Shown here one piece after another: positions 37,801 through 47,054 of a stretch of 64,000 nucleotides of DNA. How positions within the stretch are numbered: position 1 is the stretch's first letter; the number at the start of each line of letters is the position of its first letter. A program made the position numbers and the translations under genes. The notes under the pieces are model-generated. The model was not told the DNA's origin and ran no database searches. It worked only from the letters and a program-made list of their open reading frames with translations. This stretch comes from Patescibacteria group bacterium (GTDB lineage: Bacteria > Patescibacteriota > UBA1384 > 2-12-FULL-50-11). The stretch spans positions 13,606 to 77,605 of the forward strand of contig JBBUAP010000001.1 of the NCBI GenBank assembly GCA_038058635.1. Direction: 5' to 3'.

Positions 37801-39936
37801 AATGGTTGAAGCATAGTCAATCTTTTCCCATGTATTAACCGCTGGACTCGCAGGATTTAGATCGAAGGCATAAACATCGTTGGTCACTCGCTTAGCAATC
37901 CTTAAACCCGGTCTGTTAGTGTAGAGACAGGTTGATTGGTTAGTCTCGCAGTTAATGTTGTTTGGTGCTAGCATTACTGCCTGGTGATAATAGCCGCCGA
38001 TCATCACTAAACGCTGGTTAACTGAATCGTATACCATCGAAGCGCCAGCGCGCTTACCAGGATTTGTATTACTTGGGGCCTTAAAAGTCCAAGCGAGATT
38101 CTGATCAGCCACTTCCGGATCGTAGATCCATAATTGATCGGATTCCGAGGCGTAGCCGCCATCGTAGTCGTTCATATTCACAGCCCCGCCGTAGTAAGCT
38201 ATTTTCGGGCCATTTTGTTCAAAATAAGTATAAGCCATCTCCCGGATTGGCAATGGGCTCTGGCGGAGTTTGTCAACGGTGAAATTAGTGAAGGATGTAC
38301 CGCTGCCGAAATTAACATTCGTCACTTTACCCCAAACCGGCTTATTGGGCGCTTTCGTCAAGCTAACTAAGTCGCCGACAGCCGGACAGATGGTCGCACA
38401 ATCGTGTCCGTTGGCGGGAGTAATGACAGTACCATTACTACCAATGCTGACCGAATCTATTGAATTAGCTGTTGAGAACTGCGGCGGCGCAAGCACAACG
38501 ATCGTGTCAACATCCGCCCCGGTTACCCAACCACCCGAAGCTTTATGTGGCGTATTATAATAGTTACCACTGAGATCATCACCACTACCCAACTTGAAGT
38601 CAACGCTAATCGCATCGACACCGTTACTGGTTGTGATTGGACCGATTTTTGTGAACTCTGCACTGTACAGTCGTCCCTGGTCTTGACCTCGGTACTTAGT
38701 TTCTAGTGACAGTGGTTGCTGATTTTTGTCAAGCAACAGCAAGGTAATCGATTGATTGAGACGCAATCCCTCAAGTGAGCCATAAACAAAACCACTAATG
38801 GTAGCACTGTTACTTCCGCCGGAAAATGTTTGGTTGTTGTCGGCCAATTTAATAAACGAAAAAGATTTTGCTCCCTTAACGATCGCCGTTCTCCAGCCTG
38901 AATCGGCGCTCGTCATCACTGGCTGGCTTTTCTTCGCCCAAGCTAGCGTGGCGTTTTCGGCATCATCAGTTTTGTACGGTGTTGAAAGATCGTCAGCCTC
39001 CGGGGTGTCGTTCCAGAGAGAGGGCTGAAGCCATTTCAGTTTGTAGTCGGTCGAGTTAACGAATAGGTCGCCAAAGCCGTATTGATAAAGTTGCGCATCA
39101 GATATTGAGGCGTCAATCCAGACCTTGAAATTGTTTTCTTTAATCGTTTTTTCAAATTTCTCTCGTAAATCTGTCGCTGTAATCCTATCGAACTTCGAAC
39201 CTGGAATAGTTGGAGGAAGCCCTGTGTCACTCCAGCGCGGCAAATAAGGAATATAGACAAAATCGACATTCTTGTAAAACGAGCTTACCCCGTCGGTGTC
39301 TTTTCTGGTTAAGAACTGATCTTGTGGTCCGCCGAGCTTAACCGTCCAATAATTCAGATCTTTTTGTTTGGCGCCAACTGGGGCGAAGGGATTGTAGAAG
39401 TGTCCCATATTGGTCAGCTGGGAAACGGTTTTGGCTTTGTCGGTGTCCGGAAGGGCGCCGTTACCAGGAATAATCCCCAGCGGGGTGTCGTTGACGATAT
39501 TGGCGTAGTTAAAAATCATCGCTGGGTTGGCGTCGTTGGTCTGGTTTTGTAAATACTGGCCGTCATTGGTCCATGGCAGTAAGACGATGACGCCGTTACA
39601 CCGTGGCAGAGAGGTGGAAATCTTTTGGTAAGTGGAGACGATTTTGCGCGGGCTGGGGCGAAAGGGAGTTGAGATCGGGGTCGTTTCTTCATTTTTATCA
39701 AGATCGAAAACCGTCCCGGTCGTCGCCGGCGGCGTGCCAGCGGCCAGTTTTTCTTTGAGCTTGACCAAAGCCGAGTCAGCGGCAGATTTGGCGACAGTGG
39801 CGTTAGCAATTTTGTCGGTCGAGGCCAGTTGGTCAAACCTAACCGCAATCGACGCCAAAGTCGTCGTCGTCAAAATGGCGATAATCATTACAGTCAAAAG
39901 CAACGCTGAAGCTGGACGGTTACTTTGATTAAACAT
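34819..39936 (-). CDS. giant PilX-like minor pilin/adhesin with kelch-like repeats
   Basis: GAGGGAGG RBS; SALLLTVMIIAIL pilin-like helix, AKSAADSAL; kelch-like blades (YYGG..LWIYD, MIGG..DVYAFD, MVGG, YFGG); PilX-like C-terminus YKVVGYYGGVKR. Confidence 0.75.
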   Translation of the reverse strand: MFNQSNRPASALLLTVMIIAILTTTTLASIAVRFDQLASTDKIANATVAKSAADSALVKLKEKLAAGTPPATTGTVFDLDKNEETTPISTPFRPSPRKIVSTYQKISTSLPRCNGVIVLLPWTNDGQYLQNQTNDANPAMIFNYANIVNDTPLGIIPGNGALPDTDKAKTVSQLTNMGHFYNPFAPVGAKQKDLNYWTVKLGGPQDQFLTRKDTDGVSSFYKNVDFVYIPYLPRWSDTGLPPTIPGSKFDRITATDLREKFEKTIKENNFKVWIDASISDAQLYQYGFGDLFVNSTDYKLKWLQPSLWNDTPEADDLSTPYKTDDAENATLAWAKKSQPVMTSADSGWRTAIVKGAKSFSFIKLADNNQTFSGGSNSATISGFVYGSLEGLRLNQSITLLLLDKNQQPLSLETKYRGQDQGRLYSAEFTKIGPITTSNGVDAISVDFKLGSGDDLSGNYYNTPHKASGGWVTGADVDTIVVLAPPQFSTANSIDSVSIGSNGTVITPANGHDCATICPAVGDLVSLTKAPNKPVWGKVTNVNFGSGTSFTNFTVDKLRQSPLPIREMAYTYFEQNGPKIAYYGGAVNMNDYDGGYASESDQLWIYDPEVADQNLAWTFKAPSNTNPGKRAGASMVYDSVNQRLVMIGGYYHQAVMLAPNNINCETNQSTCLYTNRPGLRIAKRVTNDVYAFDLNPASPAVNTWEKIDYASTIDVTKKIQSGLRYTVRVTSTLADRSGLERWNWIVKNKPGESQDLVVDGTASSLIYLNPAVAGLAKGDEVYLYGNKADDSKFYAWGKVKNVYNNNNMVELMVYGYNGSEGSITMKSLAIQVVKRQITTNTCVGGIDAGHYFCQLDSSGDSTGYAVGDSVVLEQYDATSLTNTLSGFINYIDIYGKAYFVSDETKSAVADFVVQDQGSAIAASDSAIAFPSPRYGATLALQPLAPTKASYWEGAAKNINYNLRFADLWNVEFKNKATNPGPLSAAWLPQPTDNTIDPNFTTSSVYNFQVIRSNYTYQVATSNITGGGVNLGAVKDKDYTDRNNITYKIWDDSKKWRMEIDPNDADKVVVGAWATLERRTSDGSRETFHGIVEDMFTNSPCGVVYETKQLCLRHNPDYPGDSGLSGDSKNVKVTMTPSFDTTTTIGGTFKGYSDHVSLQNVPNLGRVPGVGAMVMIWLNTGNPPGTFPVNAYTFIVTRRTFVNNTFNIYFDKLIASPHPFGYSSSQIANAGGTDRLVTITDHQMNYYDSTNAPEWVKDVVGNGAWKIRLSAKNPTLLYRPSPRRAGAVASIFTAGARVIQNASKLFMVGGTFGQYGSLWKQDNAGANPTFGNAAWTPQYVSPNSASDIPNLFGGSLVAYKSGGLTKLVYFGGKQKTDISSADYGSSIGAKMLGRPDSGNNIDNSFYIIDNFAANDPTAVSLTKTIEDNATGWPSGVDKSLKFQGSDRGTNKVCTYLGQVNGSAGTVCSSKPLLSQLGGMGRNNSQIDSNDPNPYNGWSWGRTAILSDLGARFKSQGSTPLASLIMSVPTLSGAGVNGRWDQDGYRPYRCDKLLSFGCTATTLYGRATTNYGDKSAGLVAYTAINNATDKGGAILATSVGVGNAIASSRGGSTGTTAGWYSYCAKSDIKKDANGDPELLNNLYQCKSDATRYLPTLPDAEDLLFVLNAAQALGATDTYKVVGYYGGVKRGYLVTSVSGTLPKVYEIVP

Positions 39937-40057
39937 CGTCGCCTCCCTCGATTCGTCCTTGATTCTCACATTGCTGCGCAAGGTTCGAATTAATCATCAC
40001 GGTAAGGAGAAGTGCGGATCCTGTTTTTGACAGTTCTTGTTCGTACATCTTTTTCAT
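39929..40057 (-). pseudogene. orphan N-terminus of a PilX-like paralogue or older allele
   Basis: MKKMYEQELSKTGSALLLTVMIN... repeats SALLLTVMI of the downstream gene with different codons. Confidence 0.65.
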
Positions 40058-40058
40058 T

Positions 40059-41732
40059 TTAACCGGGCTCCAATCCACCGCCACAAACTGCAAGTGGGTC
40101 GCTGATAGTCAGATTAAAACTTTTGGTTGCGGTTTTAAGTGGGTCGGCGTTATCACGCACCCTAATGGTGAGACTATAAGAGTAAGGATACAATTTGCCG
40201 GCATCACAAGTCGGAGTACCGGAGATTATACCGCCAGTACTTAAAGCCAGCCCTGGCGGTAAACTGCCGGAATCAACTGTCCAAGTGTAAGATCCGCTCC
40301 CGCTAGCGGTCAGTTGGAATGGGACATAGACAGCATTGATACTGCCACTTGGCAGAGGGCTTGATGTCGTAATTGTCAGTGTTTGGCCACCACTTGGCGA
40401 GACCGTTAGAGAGAAAGTTTTCTCCGCATAGTTAGTTAGATTACTACTTTCGGCAGCCCTGATAAGGAAGCTGTAAACGCCAGCCGTCGTGGGAGTGCCG
40501 TCAATTTTACCACCAGCACTCATACTCATGCCGTTAGGCAAACCGCCGGATATAATCGTCCAGGTGCAGCTGCAAGGCATGGCAGGATCAACGCCTCTAT
40601 CAGCTTTTAATTGTCCCCCGGGTAATAGCACCCCCGGATTGTAACTTACTCCCACGGTGGCGTCTGGCAGTGGGGTAGTAGTTGTGATTACTATTTGATC
40701 ATCAATGACAAAGATCGACAGAGGTTGGGAGGCAGTACCAATGATGGGGGTGGCACTATCCGTAACCGTCACAGTAAAGTTATAGGTATGGCCAGCAGTG
40801 GGCGGGTTTGGTGTACCGGTAATTACTCCGGTAGTCGTCGACAAAGCCAGACCGTTGGGCAGAGACCCTGAAGTTATCGCCCAAGTGTATGGTGGCATAC
40901 CACCACTAACGACAACGCTTGTAGCATATGGCGGAGTACCGGCATGAGCATTCGGCAAGGTTGTCGTCTCAATTTTGAAAACGACTGTTGCTTCGTTGAC
41001 CAAGCCAATCGGCAATCCCTCCTGAATGGTTAGGGTTGGTTTTCGGGCCTCGCTAGTGCCGCCACTGCCTTTTTGGGCCGCCTCCAGCGTCAGCGAATAG
41101 CGCAGGAGCTGTTTGGTCACACAGGAGGAGGTAATGGTAGTGCAACCAACACTTTTCACTGCAAACTGGGCGGCTTTAACCACGGCCTGAACATTGGTTA
41201 GGCGATTTTGATAAATCGGACTAGTTGTCGGACAGAGACCGCCGGAATCGACATTATAAATCAGGATAGCGATGACTGTTCCGACTTTATTGATGGTATA
41301 TTTCTCCTCGCCTGTGGAGTCGGTAGTGGCGATGGCTCGGCCGATCACAGTACAGGTGTTGCCGGATTGTAAGTCGGAAAAAGCTTTGACCTGAATGGCG
41401 GCAAATGTCGTACCACCGTCGTTGGGAATAATTGGGGTGACTGCACCAACTGGAGCGTTAGCGACAGTTCGCCGAATGGCCTCGCCCACCCCGCGAGTGC
41501 TCTCGCTAATCGATGAACGGGCATCGGCTTTTTGAATCATGCCGTTAGTACCGACAACGGCGAATAGAGCAATACTTAAGGCGACAAGCAGTAAGGCGAC
41601 ACTGACAATAAGCTCAATCAAGGTGAATGCTCGGGTACGAGAATTTCTAATTTCGAATTTCGAATTTCGAAAATTTTGAGTTTTGAGTTTTAGTTTTGAC
41701 TTTTGACTTTTGACTTTTAAGTTAACTTTCAT
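40059..41732 (-). CDS. prepilin-type (PilW-like) protein with three putative Ig domains
   Basis: AFTLIELIV N-methylation motif; three TTTxLP...YTW...GSLPxGLxL...GxIxGTP repeats. Confidence 0.85.
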   Translation of the reverse strand: MKVNLKVKSQKSKLKLKTQNFRNSKFEIRNSRTRAFTLIELIVSVALLLVALSIALFAVVGTNGMIQKADARSSISESTRGVGEAIRRTVANAPVGAVTPIIPNDGGTTFAAIQVKAFSDLQSGNTCTVIGRAIATTDSTGEEKYTINKVGTVIAILIYNVDSGGLCPTTSPIYQNRLTNVQAVVKAAQFAVKSVGCTTITSSCVTKQLLRYSLTLEAAQKGSGGTSEARKPTLTIQEGLPIGLVNEATVVFKIETTTLPNAHAGTPPYATSVVVSGGMPPYTWAITSGSLPNGLALSTTTGVITGTPNPPTAGHTYNFTVTVTDSATPIIGTASQPLSIFVIDDQIVITTTTPLPDATVGVSYNPGVLLPGGQLKADRGVDPAMPCSCTWTIISGGLPNGMSMSAGGKIDGTPTTAGVYSFLIRAAESSNLTNYAEKTFSLTVSPSGGQTLTITTSSPLPSGSINAVYVPFQLTASGSGSYTWTVDSGSLPPGLALSTGGIISGTPTCDAGKLYPYSYSLTIRVRDNADPLKTATKSFNLTISDPLAVCGGGLEPG

Positions 41733-42193
41733 TCTATTATCCTCGCCGTAGTCATCTGTCTCTGCACCCCTTTGCCCCAAGAGGTGGTGGCGTTGACGAG
41801 GTAGCTAGTACCGGTCAAACGGATGACGACTGATGGCACAAATTGTAGTTTGCTCGTTCCAATTTGAATAGTGGCTTTGGTTTTCTGTAGGACACAGGAT
41901 CCGCTGGTGTCCACCGGGCAGACAACATAGCAAGTTTTACCTTCGCCAATACAATCAAGACCGGGGGGGGCTGGAGTGCCGTAGGTCGTTGCGAAATTTG
42001 CTCCTTTAGTCCTTTTCTCCAGCGCCACGAAAGAGAGTGACTGCTCGTTCAATCCTAGGGCAATTTGTTTGAGCTCCGTCGTTTCGGTCAGCCGGGCGGC
42101 GGCGTTATTGAGCGTTGCCATGGCCACCCCGACCATAATCAAAAAGGCAATCGCAAAAATCACCTCGATTAATGAGAATGATCGCTTCATCAT
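41729..42193 (-). CDS. prepilin-type (PilV-like) minor pilin
   Basis: RSFSLIEVIFAIAFL. Confidence 0.82.
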   Translation of the reverse strand: MMKRSFSLIEVIFAIAFLIMVGVAMATLNNAAARLTETTELKQIALGLNEQSLSFVALEKRTKGANFATTYGTPAPPGLDCIGEGKTCYVVCPVDTSGSCVLQKTKATIQIGTSKLQFVPSVVIRLTGTSYLVNATTSWGKGVQRQMTTARIIE

Positions 42194-43530
42194 TGTGGGG
42201 TTTCCACACAGGGATTAATTATTTGAGCCAACCCCCGACCAACGAACAATTGGGCTAATCTGTTCTTCAAGCGATCGGTAGACCTAGTAATTGGAACAAT
42301 CGGATTGCAGGCGGTGGCGTTACCGCCCGGGTCAATCTGCACAATCGGCGGTGGCAGGACATCGCTGGGCGGGTCAGAGATTATCGAGCCGCAAGAAAGG
42401 ACGAAGTCCTTAGACCTCGGTTTGAGTCGGAGGTCAGTCAGATTATCACGACCATTGACCGAAGGCTGAGTAAGCTTAATTGCATCAAGTGCTGATACTA
42501 TCACGGTCACTGTTTTGGGTTGGTTGGCAACTGTAAAAGTGTCAGTCGTAAATTGGAAGCGAACCGGGTATTTGGTTGGGTCACCAGGGTCATATGGAGC
42601 CAGGTCATAAAAGTAGCTGATAGCTAGTGGCTGTGAAGGCGCCGTACCAACTTTCCATTCAATGTTGTAGGCAACAAATAAATTAGGGTCGCCTTCGGAG
42701 GTAGCGTCATTAACCCGGTCATTGGCTCTCGGATAGCTTATGGTGATATCTGATTGCGAAGTACCACAGGCAACTGATACCGTAAATTTGCTCGCATCAG
42801 CCACATCGGTCCATTTTGGAACGAGATCGTCAACAACTGGCGTGAAATAACTTTGGGGGTTAGAGCGAGAGATAGCGACTTGATGAGTGACACGATCGAG
42901 CGTCACATAGCGTTTGTCGCCGACTTTTTGGCTTCCTAGAGTGACAACTAAATAGCGAGCGACGGTGGCGCCGTTATCTTTGTCTTTGCCTGCCCAGTTG
43001 GCCAAGAAAAGTTGGCCAGATTTGAACGCCGGGTTGGCAAAACTGCCACAACTGAAGCCGTTCTCGCCGACGGCAAATCGTATCACCGCCTGGTCGTCAT
43101 CGACAGTTTGATTGGAGGGGTAGAACGACGAAACATAAATTCCGCGCGGCAATTTGATGTTGCGCAGGGTGGTAAATCCGCCCGGCACATCACTGCCATC
43201 GCATTGGACTAGCCCGCGTTCGAGAGCGACGGTGTTGGTCGTCACTTCGCCGTTAGCCGTACCGTTGGTGGCGGCTTTGGTAAACTTGCCGAACGAGACC
43301 TGGAACACCTGTGGAGCGCCCGAGCTGTCGTTTTTGTCCGGTGCTTGAGAGCGAGTCTGGGCTTCGATAATCACCTGACGAACTTGGCTGGCGCTGGAAT
43401 CCAATAACATTCGATCGCTCCGATTGAAGAAATTGGGGATACTAGTAATGCCAATAACGGTGATGACGGCAATCACCACTAAAAGCTCGACCAGGGAGTA
43501 GGCAGAACGATTAGTAGGCCACGACAACAT
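42190..43530 (-). CDS. prepilin-type (FimT/GspH-like) protein with extended C-terminus
   Basis: SAYSLVELLVVIAVI..P, QVRQVIIEAQTRS. Confidence 0.8.
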   Translation of the reverse strand: MLSWPTNRSAYSLVELLVVIAVITVIGITSIPNFFNRSDRMLLDSSASQVRQVIIEAQTRSQAPDKNDSSGAPQVFQVSFGKFTKAATNGTANGEVTTNTVALERGLVQCDGSDVPGGFTTLRNIKLPRGIYVSSFYPSNQTVDDDQAVIRFAVGENGFSCGSFANPAFKSGQLFLANWAGKDKDNGATVARYLVVTLGSQKVGDKRYVTLDRVTHQVAISRSNPQSYFTPVVDDLVPKWTDVADASKFTVSVACGTSQSDITISYPRANDRVNDATSEGDPNLFVAYNIEWKVGTAPSQPLAISYFYDLAPYDPGDPTKYPVRFQFTTDTFTVANQPKTVTVIVSALDAIKLTQPSVNGRDNLTDLRLKPRSKDFVLSCGSIISDPPSDVLPPPIVQIDPGGNATACNPIVPITRSTDRLKNRLAQLFVGRGLAQIINPCVETPQ

Positions 43531-44452
43531 CGAGGTCTCCTGCCACATCTTTGCAATCTGGGTTAGCAATATAGCTACTTGCACTACTGACAATTGGCTC
43601 GTAAGTTACTTTATTATCGGGAGTAATAACCGAGCTATCCGCAGACTTTCTTTTGCATTGGTACAGGTATTTGCCGTCATAAACATTAGCACCGCCCAGG
43701 ACATATAGAGAACCGTAAAAGTTGTAATTAATGTCAGTCAGGACATTGGAATCTGAATCTGAATCGTCGTCAAGATGGCGAACAACTGAACCAGAGCCAC
43801 GATAGTAGCGTTTTAGCGCAGTAGTTTGGTTGAATAAGAAACTTGCGTCAGAGTCGGTAGCCGAGTTTTCTAGATTTGAGGTCACGACCACATCGCCATA
43901 GTCATAAGAAACTCGATACTGGTATTTATCCCAAGCATTGGCCGACATCGGCTTGGGATCGGCCAGCAGGCGGTCCATATAACGCAGGCAGATCAGAAAA
44001 TGATTTACTGAAACGAACCCAGGCTTGAGCGTAATCTTTGGCGCACCCGCCGTCGCATTATTAAGTTGATCGATTGTTGGGTCGAGTGGGTTAGTGCTGG
44101 AGAATTGGGCGGAGTCGCCGCCGCTAGCTGGTAAACCATTGCAGGCCACAATATCGGTGCCGAGACCGAAGTTTGAGTTAATATTCAAGTCGGTTGCGTT
44201 GCCCTGATCGCCTAGGCTAAATGTCGGATTCGGATAAATCTTGAAGTCGGCTTTGAACAGATTGATTCCTGATAAGAAACTGTTGATCTCGGCTTTGCGT
44301 TTGGCATCACGACTCCGTTTCTGAACCGGCACAACGGCGACCGTTACTAGGGTGATCAGTATGCCGATAATGGTAATGACAACCAACAATTCGATCAGCG
44401 TGAACGCAGATCGAGAATTTAGAATTTTGAATTTAGAATTTAGAATTTTCAT
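43511..44452 (-). CDS. type IV pilin/GspG-like protein
   Basis: SAFTLIELLVVITIIGIL, RSRDAKRKAEI, YP, DP, LEN. Confidence 0.87.
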   Translation of the reverse strand: MKILNSKFKILNSRSAFTLIELLVVITIIGILITLVTVAVVPVQKRSRDAKRKAEINSFLSGINLFKADFKIYPNPTFSLGDQGNATDLNINSNFGLGTDIVACNGLPASGGDSAQFSSTNPLDPTIDQLNNATAGAPKITLKPGFVSVNHFLICLRYMDRLLADPKPMSANAWDKYQYRVSYDYGDVVVTSNLENSATDSDASFLFNQTTALKRYYRGSGSVVRHLDDDSDSDSNVLTDINYNFYGSLYVLGGANVYDGKYLYQCKRKSADSSVITPDNKVTYEPIVSSASSYIANPDCKDVAGDLDVVVAY

Positions 44453-44564
44453 TTCCCCTCGAATTCCATACTAACAGGATTCATGACTTACTTCTTGATT
44501 CTTGATTCATAACTGCGAGGCATTGCCGAGAAGCGAGCGTTAGCGACATTCTTGATTCTTCCTG

Positions 44565-45770
44565 CTAGAATGATCCCGTTAAGCTGTAGATTGGTTGAAG
44601 AACAGATATAACAATAAACGCCACTGCTCCACCGAGGATGACGATGATAAAAGGCTCGATAAGAGCCGAGAAAGTGCGCAGTTTACCGTCGACTTCCTGC
44701 TCAAAATAATCCGCCAAGGTTGAGGCCGAGCCGCCCAAATCGCCTGACTGCTGACCAACAAAAAGTAACTGGGTCATCATCTTTGGGAAATATTTGTTAT
44801 CTTGCATCGTTGAAGTCACGGCCGCGCCTTGTTCGAGCGAGTGCATTAGTAATTTGAGCGTCCGGCGGAAGATTGTATTAGGGGTGGAGTCGGCGATGAT
44901 GCCAACGGCTTCCAGAATCGGCACGCCTGCCGCCAGCAATAGTGACAGCGTTCGATTGAAACGAGCCAGATAAACCTGGAGAGTCAGCGGTCCGAAGATC
45001 GGAAAATGTAATCCGAGATAGCTACTAACTTCCTTGCCTGGCTTGGTCATGGTGAAGAGTTTGATAATTACGACCAGCCCGATGACGATAGCAATCAACA
45101 GTACCCACTCGTTAATCAAAAAGTCGGTGATCGCTAGTAAAATCTTCGTCGAAACCGGCAATTCGGTTTCTTGGGAGCTGAAAATGTCTTTAATCGGCGG
45201 GATAACTTTGGTCAAGATAATTGCTCCGACGACAATCATCACCACGAAGATAAATGCCGGGTAAATCATCGCCCCACGAACCTTGCCGACGAACTCGGCC
45301 GCTCGAGCGGTGCTCGAGGCCAAATCGTCCAGAACCTTAACCATGTTACCCGTCGCTTCACCAGCTCGGACTACCCCAACCTCCACTTCGGGAAAGGTCT
45401 TGGGCTGACCAGCCATTGCCACCGACAGCGCAAAGCCGTTTTCCAGCGACTGGTGGATTTGACGCATCACTTTGCGGAGTCGCTTGTTCGGTGTCTCGGC
45501 GACTATATCAATTGCTTGAGTAATACCAACGCCAGCTTTCAACATTGTTGAAAGCTCCCGGTACATAATCGACCGGTCTTTGGCCGAAACTTTGCCGGCC
45601 GAGAACTTGCCTAAAACCGACCCCTCTTCAACGATCGAGATGACAGTGTAATTGCGGCTTTGAAGTAGCCGACGAACTGCCGCAAGCGTACCAGTCGCTC
45701 GGCCAGAGCGGATATGACCTTTTTCATCTTTGACTTTATACCGAAAAAAAGGCTTTGCTGTTTTCTTCAT
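44565..45770 (-). CDS. pilC: type IV pilus inner-membrane platform protein (PilC/GspF family)
   Basis: RELSTMLKAGV, AGEATG, AMIYP, LLAAGVPI, LIEPFIIV; GGAGG RBS. Confidence 0.92.
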   Translation of the reverse strand: MKKTAKPFFRYKVKDEKGHIRSGRATGTLAAVRRLLQSRNYTVISIVEEGSVLGKFSAGKVSAKDRSIMYRELSTMLKAGVGITQAIDIVAETPNKRLRKVMRQIHQSLENGFALSVAMAGQPKTFPEVEVGVVRAGEATGNMVKVLDDLASSTARAAEFVGKVRGAMIYPAFIFVVMIVVGAIILTKVIPPIKDIFSSQETELPVSTKILLAITDFLINEWVLLIAIVIGLVVIIKLFTMTKPGKEVSSYLGLHFPIFGPLTLQVYLARFNRTLSLLLAAGVPILEAVGIIADSTPNTIFRRTLKLLMHSLEQGAAVTSTMQDNKYFPKMMTQLLFVGQQSGDLGGSASTLADYFEQEVDGKLRTFSALIEPFIIVILGGAVAFIVISVLQPIYSLTGSF

Positions 45771-45824
45771 CCCTCCATAAAAAAGTGTAAAGCATTGAAG
45801 GGGAATTAGAAATACTAGAAAGAC

Positions 45825-45905
45825 ATACGGGCGCTTGAAATACATCGCTACGAGCGGGACTTGGAGTACCAAAAGCCCGTATCGATATATTTCAAGCGCC
45901 CGTAT
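45825..45905. repeat. 28-bp inverted repeat upstream of pilC
   Basis: ATACGGGCGCTTGAAATACATCGCTACG (45825-45852) versus 45878-45905, 26 of 28 complementary. Confidence 0.85.
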
Positions 45906-45972
45906 CGACATATATTAAGTTTTCGTATCTCATCACTTGAAACTTGCCAGTTGATGCTGAATACTTGATGTA

Positions 45973-46476
45973 ATGATCTTGGAGGTCTCGCAATTATTAA
46001 GTGCGGCGGTCCGTTCGGCTGATGGCAAGAAAATTGCTTCGGTTGATCGGGTGATTATTGACGGCCGCGACGCTCGTATCGCCGGATTTCAAACCAGTGC
46101 TCGGACGGTCTTAACGCGTTTTGGCCGAATTGATTACGTTGACACCCTGGCGGTGGAGAGGGGTGAAGTCGTGATTGATGGCGATAAGGTAATTCAGAAA
46201 GATTTGAAACCGTTTGATTTGTTGCGACGACAGTACGGCGTCGTTTTGGGCGTGACTGCTAAGACTGAATCGGGTCGCAAAATCGGTAAAGTTACTGACC
46301 TAGCGATTGATGCCGACACCGGGCTGATTGTCCGCTTTTACCTCGGCCAGTTCCTGAATGAGCGGATTATTCCTCGTCAATTTCTGGTTTCTATCACCCC
46401 TAAACAAGTTGTATTTAAGGATATCGTCATCGCTCCGACTTTCGACCAGATTGCCGTTAGCCAGTCCGCCGCCTAG
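45973..46476 (+). CDS. PRC-barrel domain protein
   Basis: Two PRC-like repeats, e.g. AKTESGRKIGKVTDLAID. Confidence 0.8.
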   Translation: MILEVSQLLSAAVRSADGKKIASVDRVIIDGRDARIAGFQTSARTVLTRFGRIDYVDTLAVERGEVVIDGDKVIQKDLKPFDLLRRQYGVVLGVTAKTESGRKIGKVTDLAIDADTGLIVRFYLGQFLNERIIPRQFLVSITPKQVVFKDIVIAPTFDQIAVSQSAA

Positions 46477-46565
46477 AAATCTCTATTTTTCCGGTCATAT
46501 GGATTGACTAAATGCAATTATTTCCATATACTTACCCTGCCTTGATCCTGCCCGAGGAGACACCT

Positions 46566-46796
46566 ATGGAAAATATTCATGTGGTTAACAAAAAGCTTGG
46601 GAAAGGGGAAGTTCGCCTTGAGTGTGGGGAAATATTACGGACACCTCACCGCAGAACGATCGATGATCTCCCATCGCTAGACGGCGAAGGAGTCTGTCTC
46701 GATTGCCGACGCCAATGGAACAAGGAAGTTTTGAATCACTCTCCCGAGTATGTCACCGGCACGATCGTCAAACGACCATTTGCCGCTGCCGCCTAG
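46566..46796 (+). CDS. small hypothetical protein with Cys motifs
   Basis: TTGACT-17-TATACT promoter (46504-46532), GAGGAG RBS; LECG and CLDC. Confidence 0.6.
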   Translation: MENIHVVNKKLGKGEVRLECGEILRTPHRRTIDDLPSLDGEGVCLDCRRQWNKEVLNHSPEYVTGTIVKRPFAAAA

Positions 46797-47054
46797 CCCC
46801 CGCCCGAATCATCCGCCCGCCACTGGGGCGGATTTTTAAAAAAGTGGGGCCCGAAGGCCCCGGAGTCTCTGACTTTCTTGACGTCAGATAGGACAAGCAA
46901 ATCAAAAGTGCAAATGCAATGACACAGAACCACAACGCTTTCCTTTTTCTCGGGTCGCGTCCGTAATTTTCCACTTCTACCTCCCAGTAAAACGGAGATT
47001 TCACGATACCACACCGCTCAATAAAAGTTAACCCAGCTAGTTTTTCGCCCGAGA

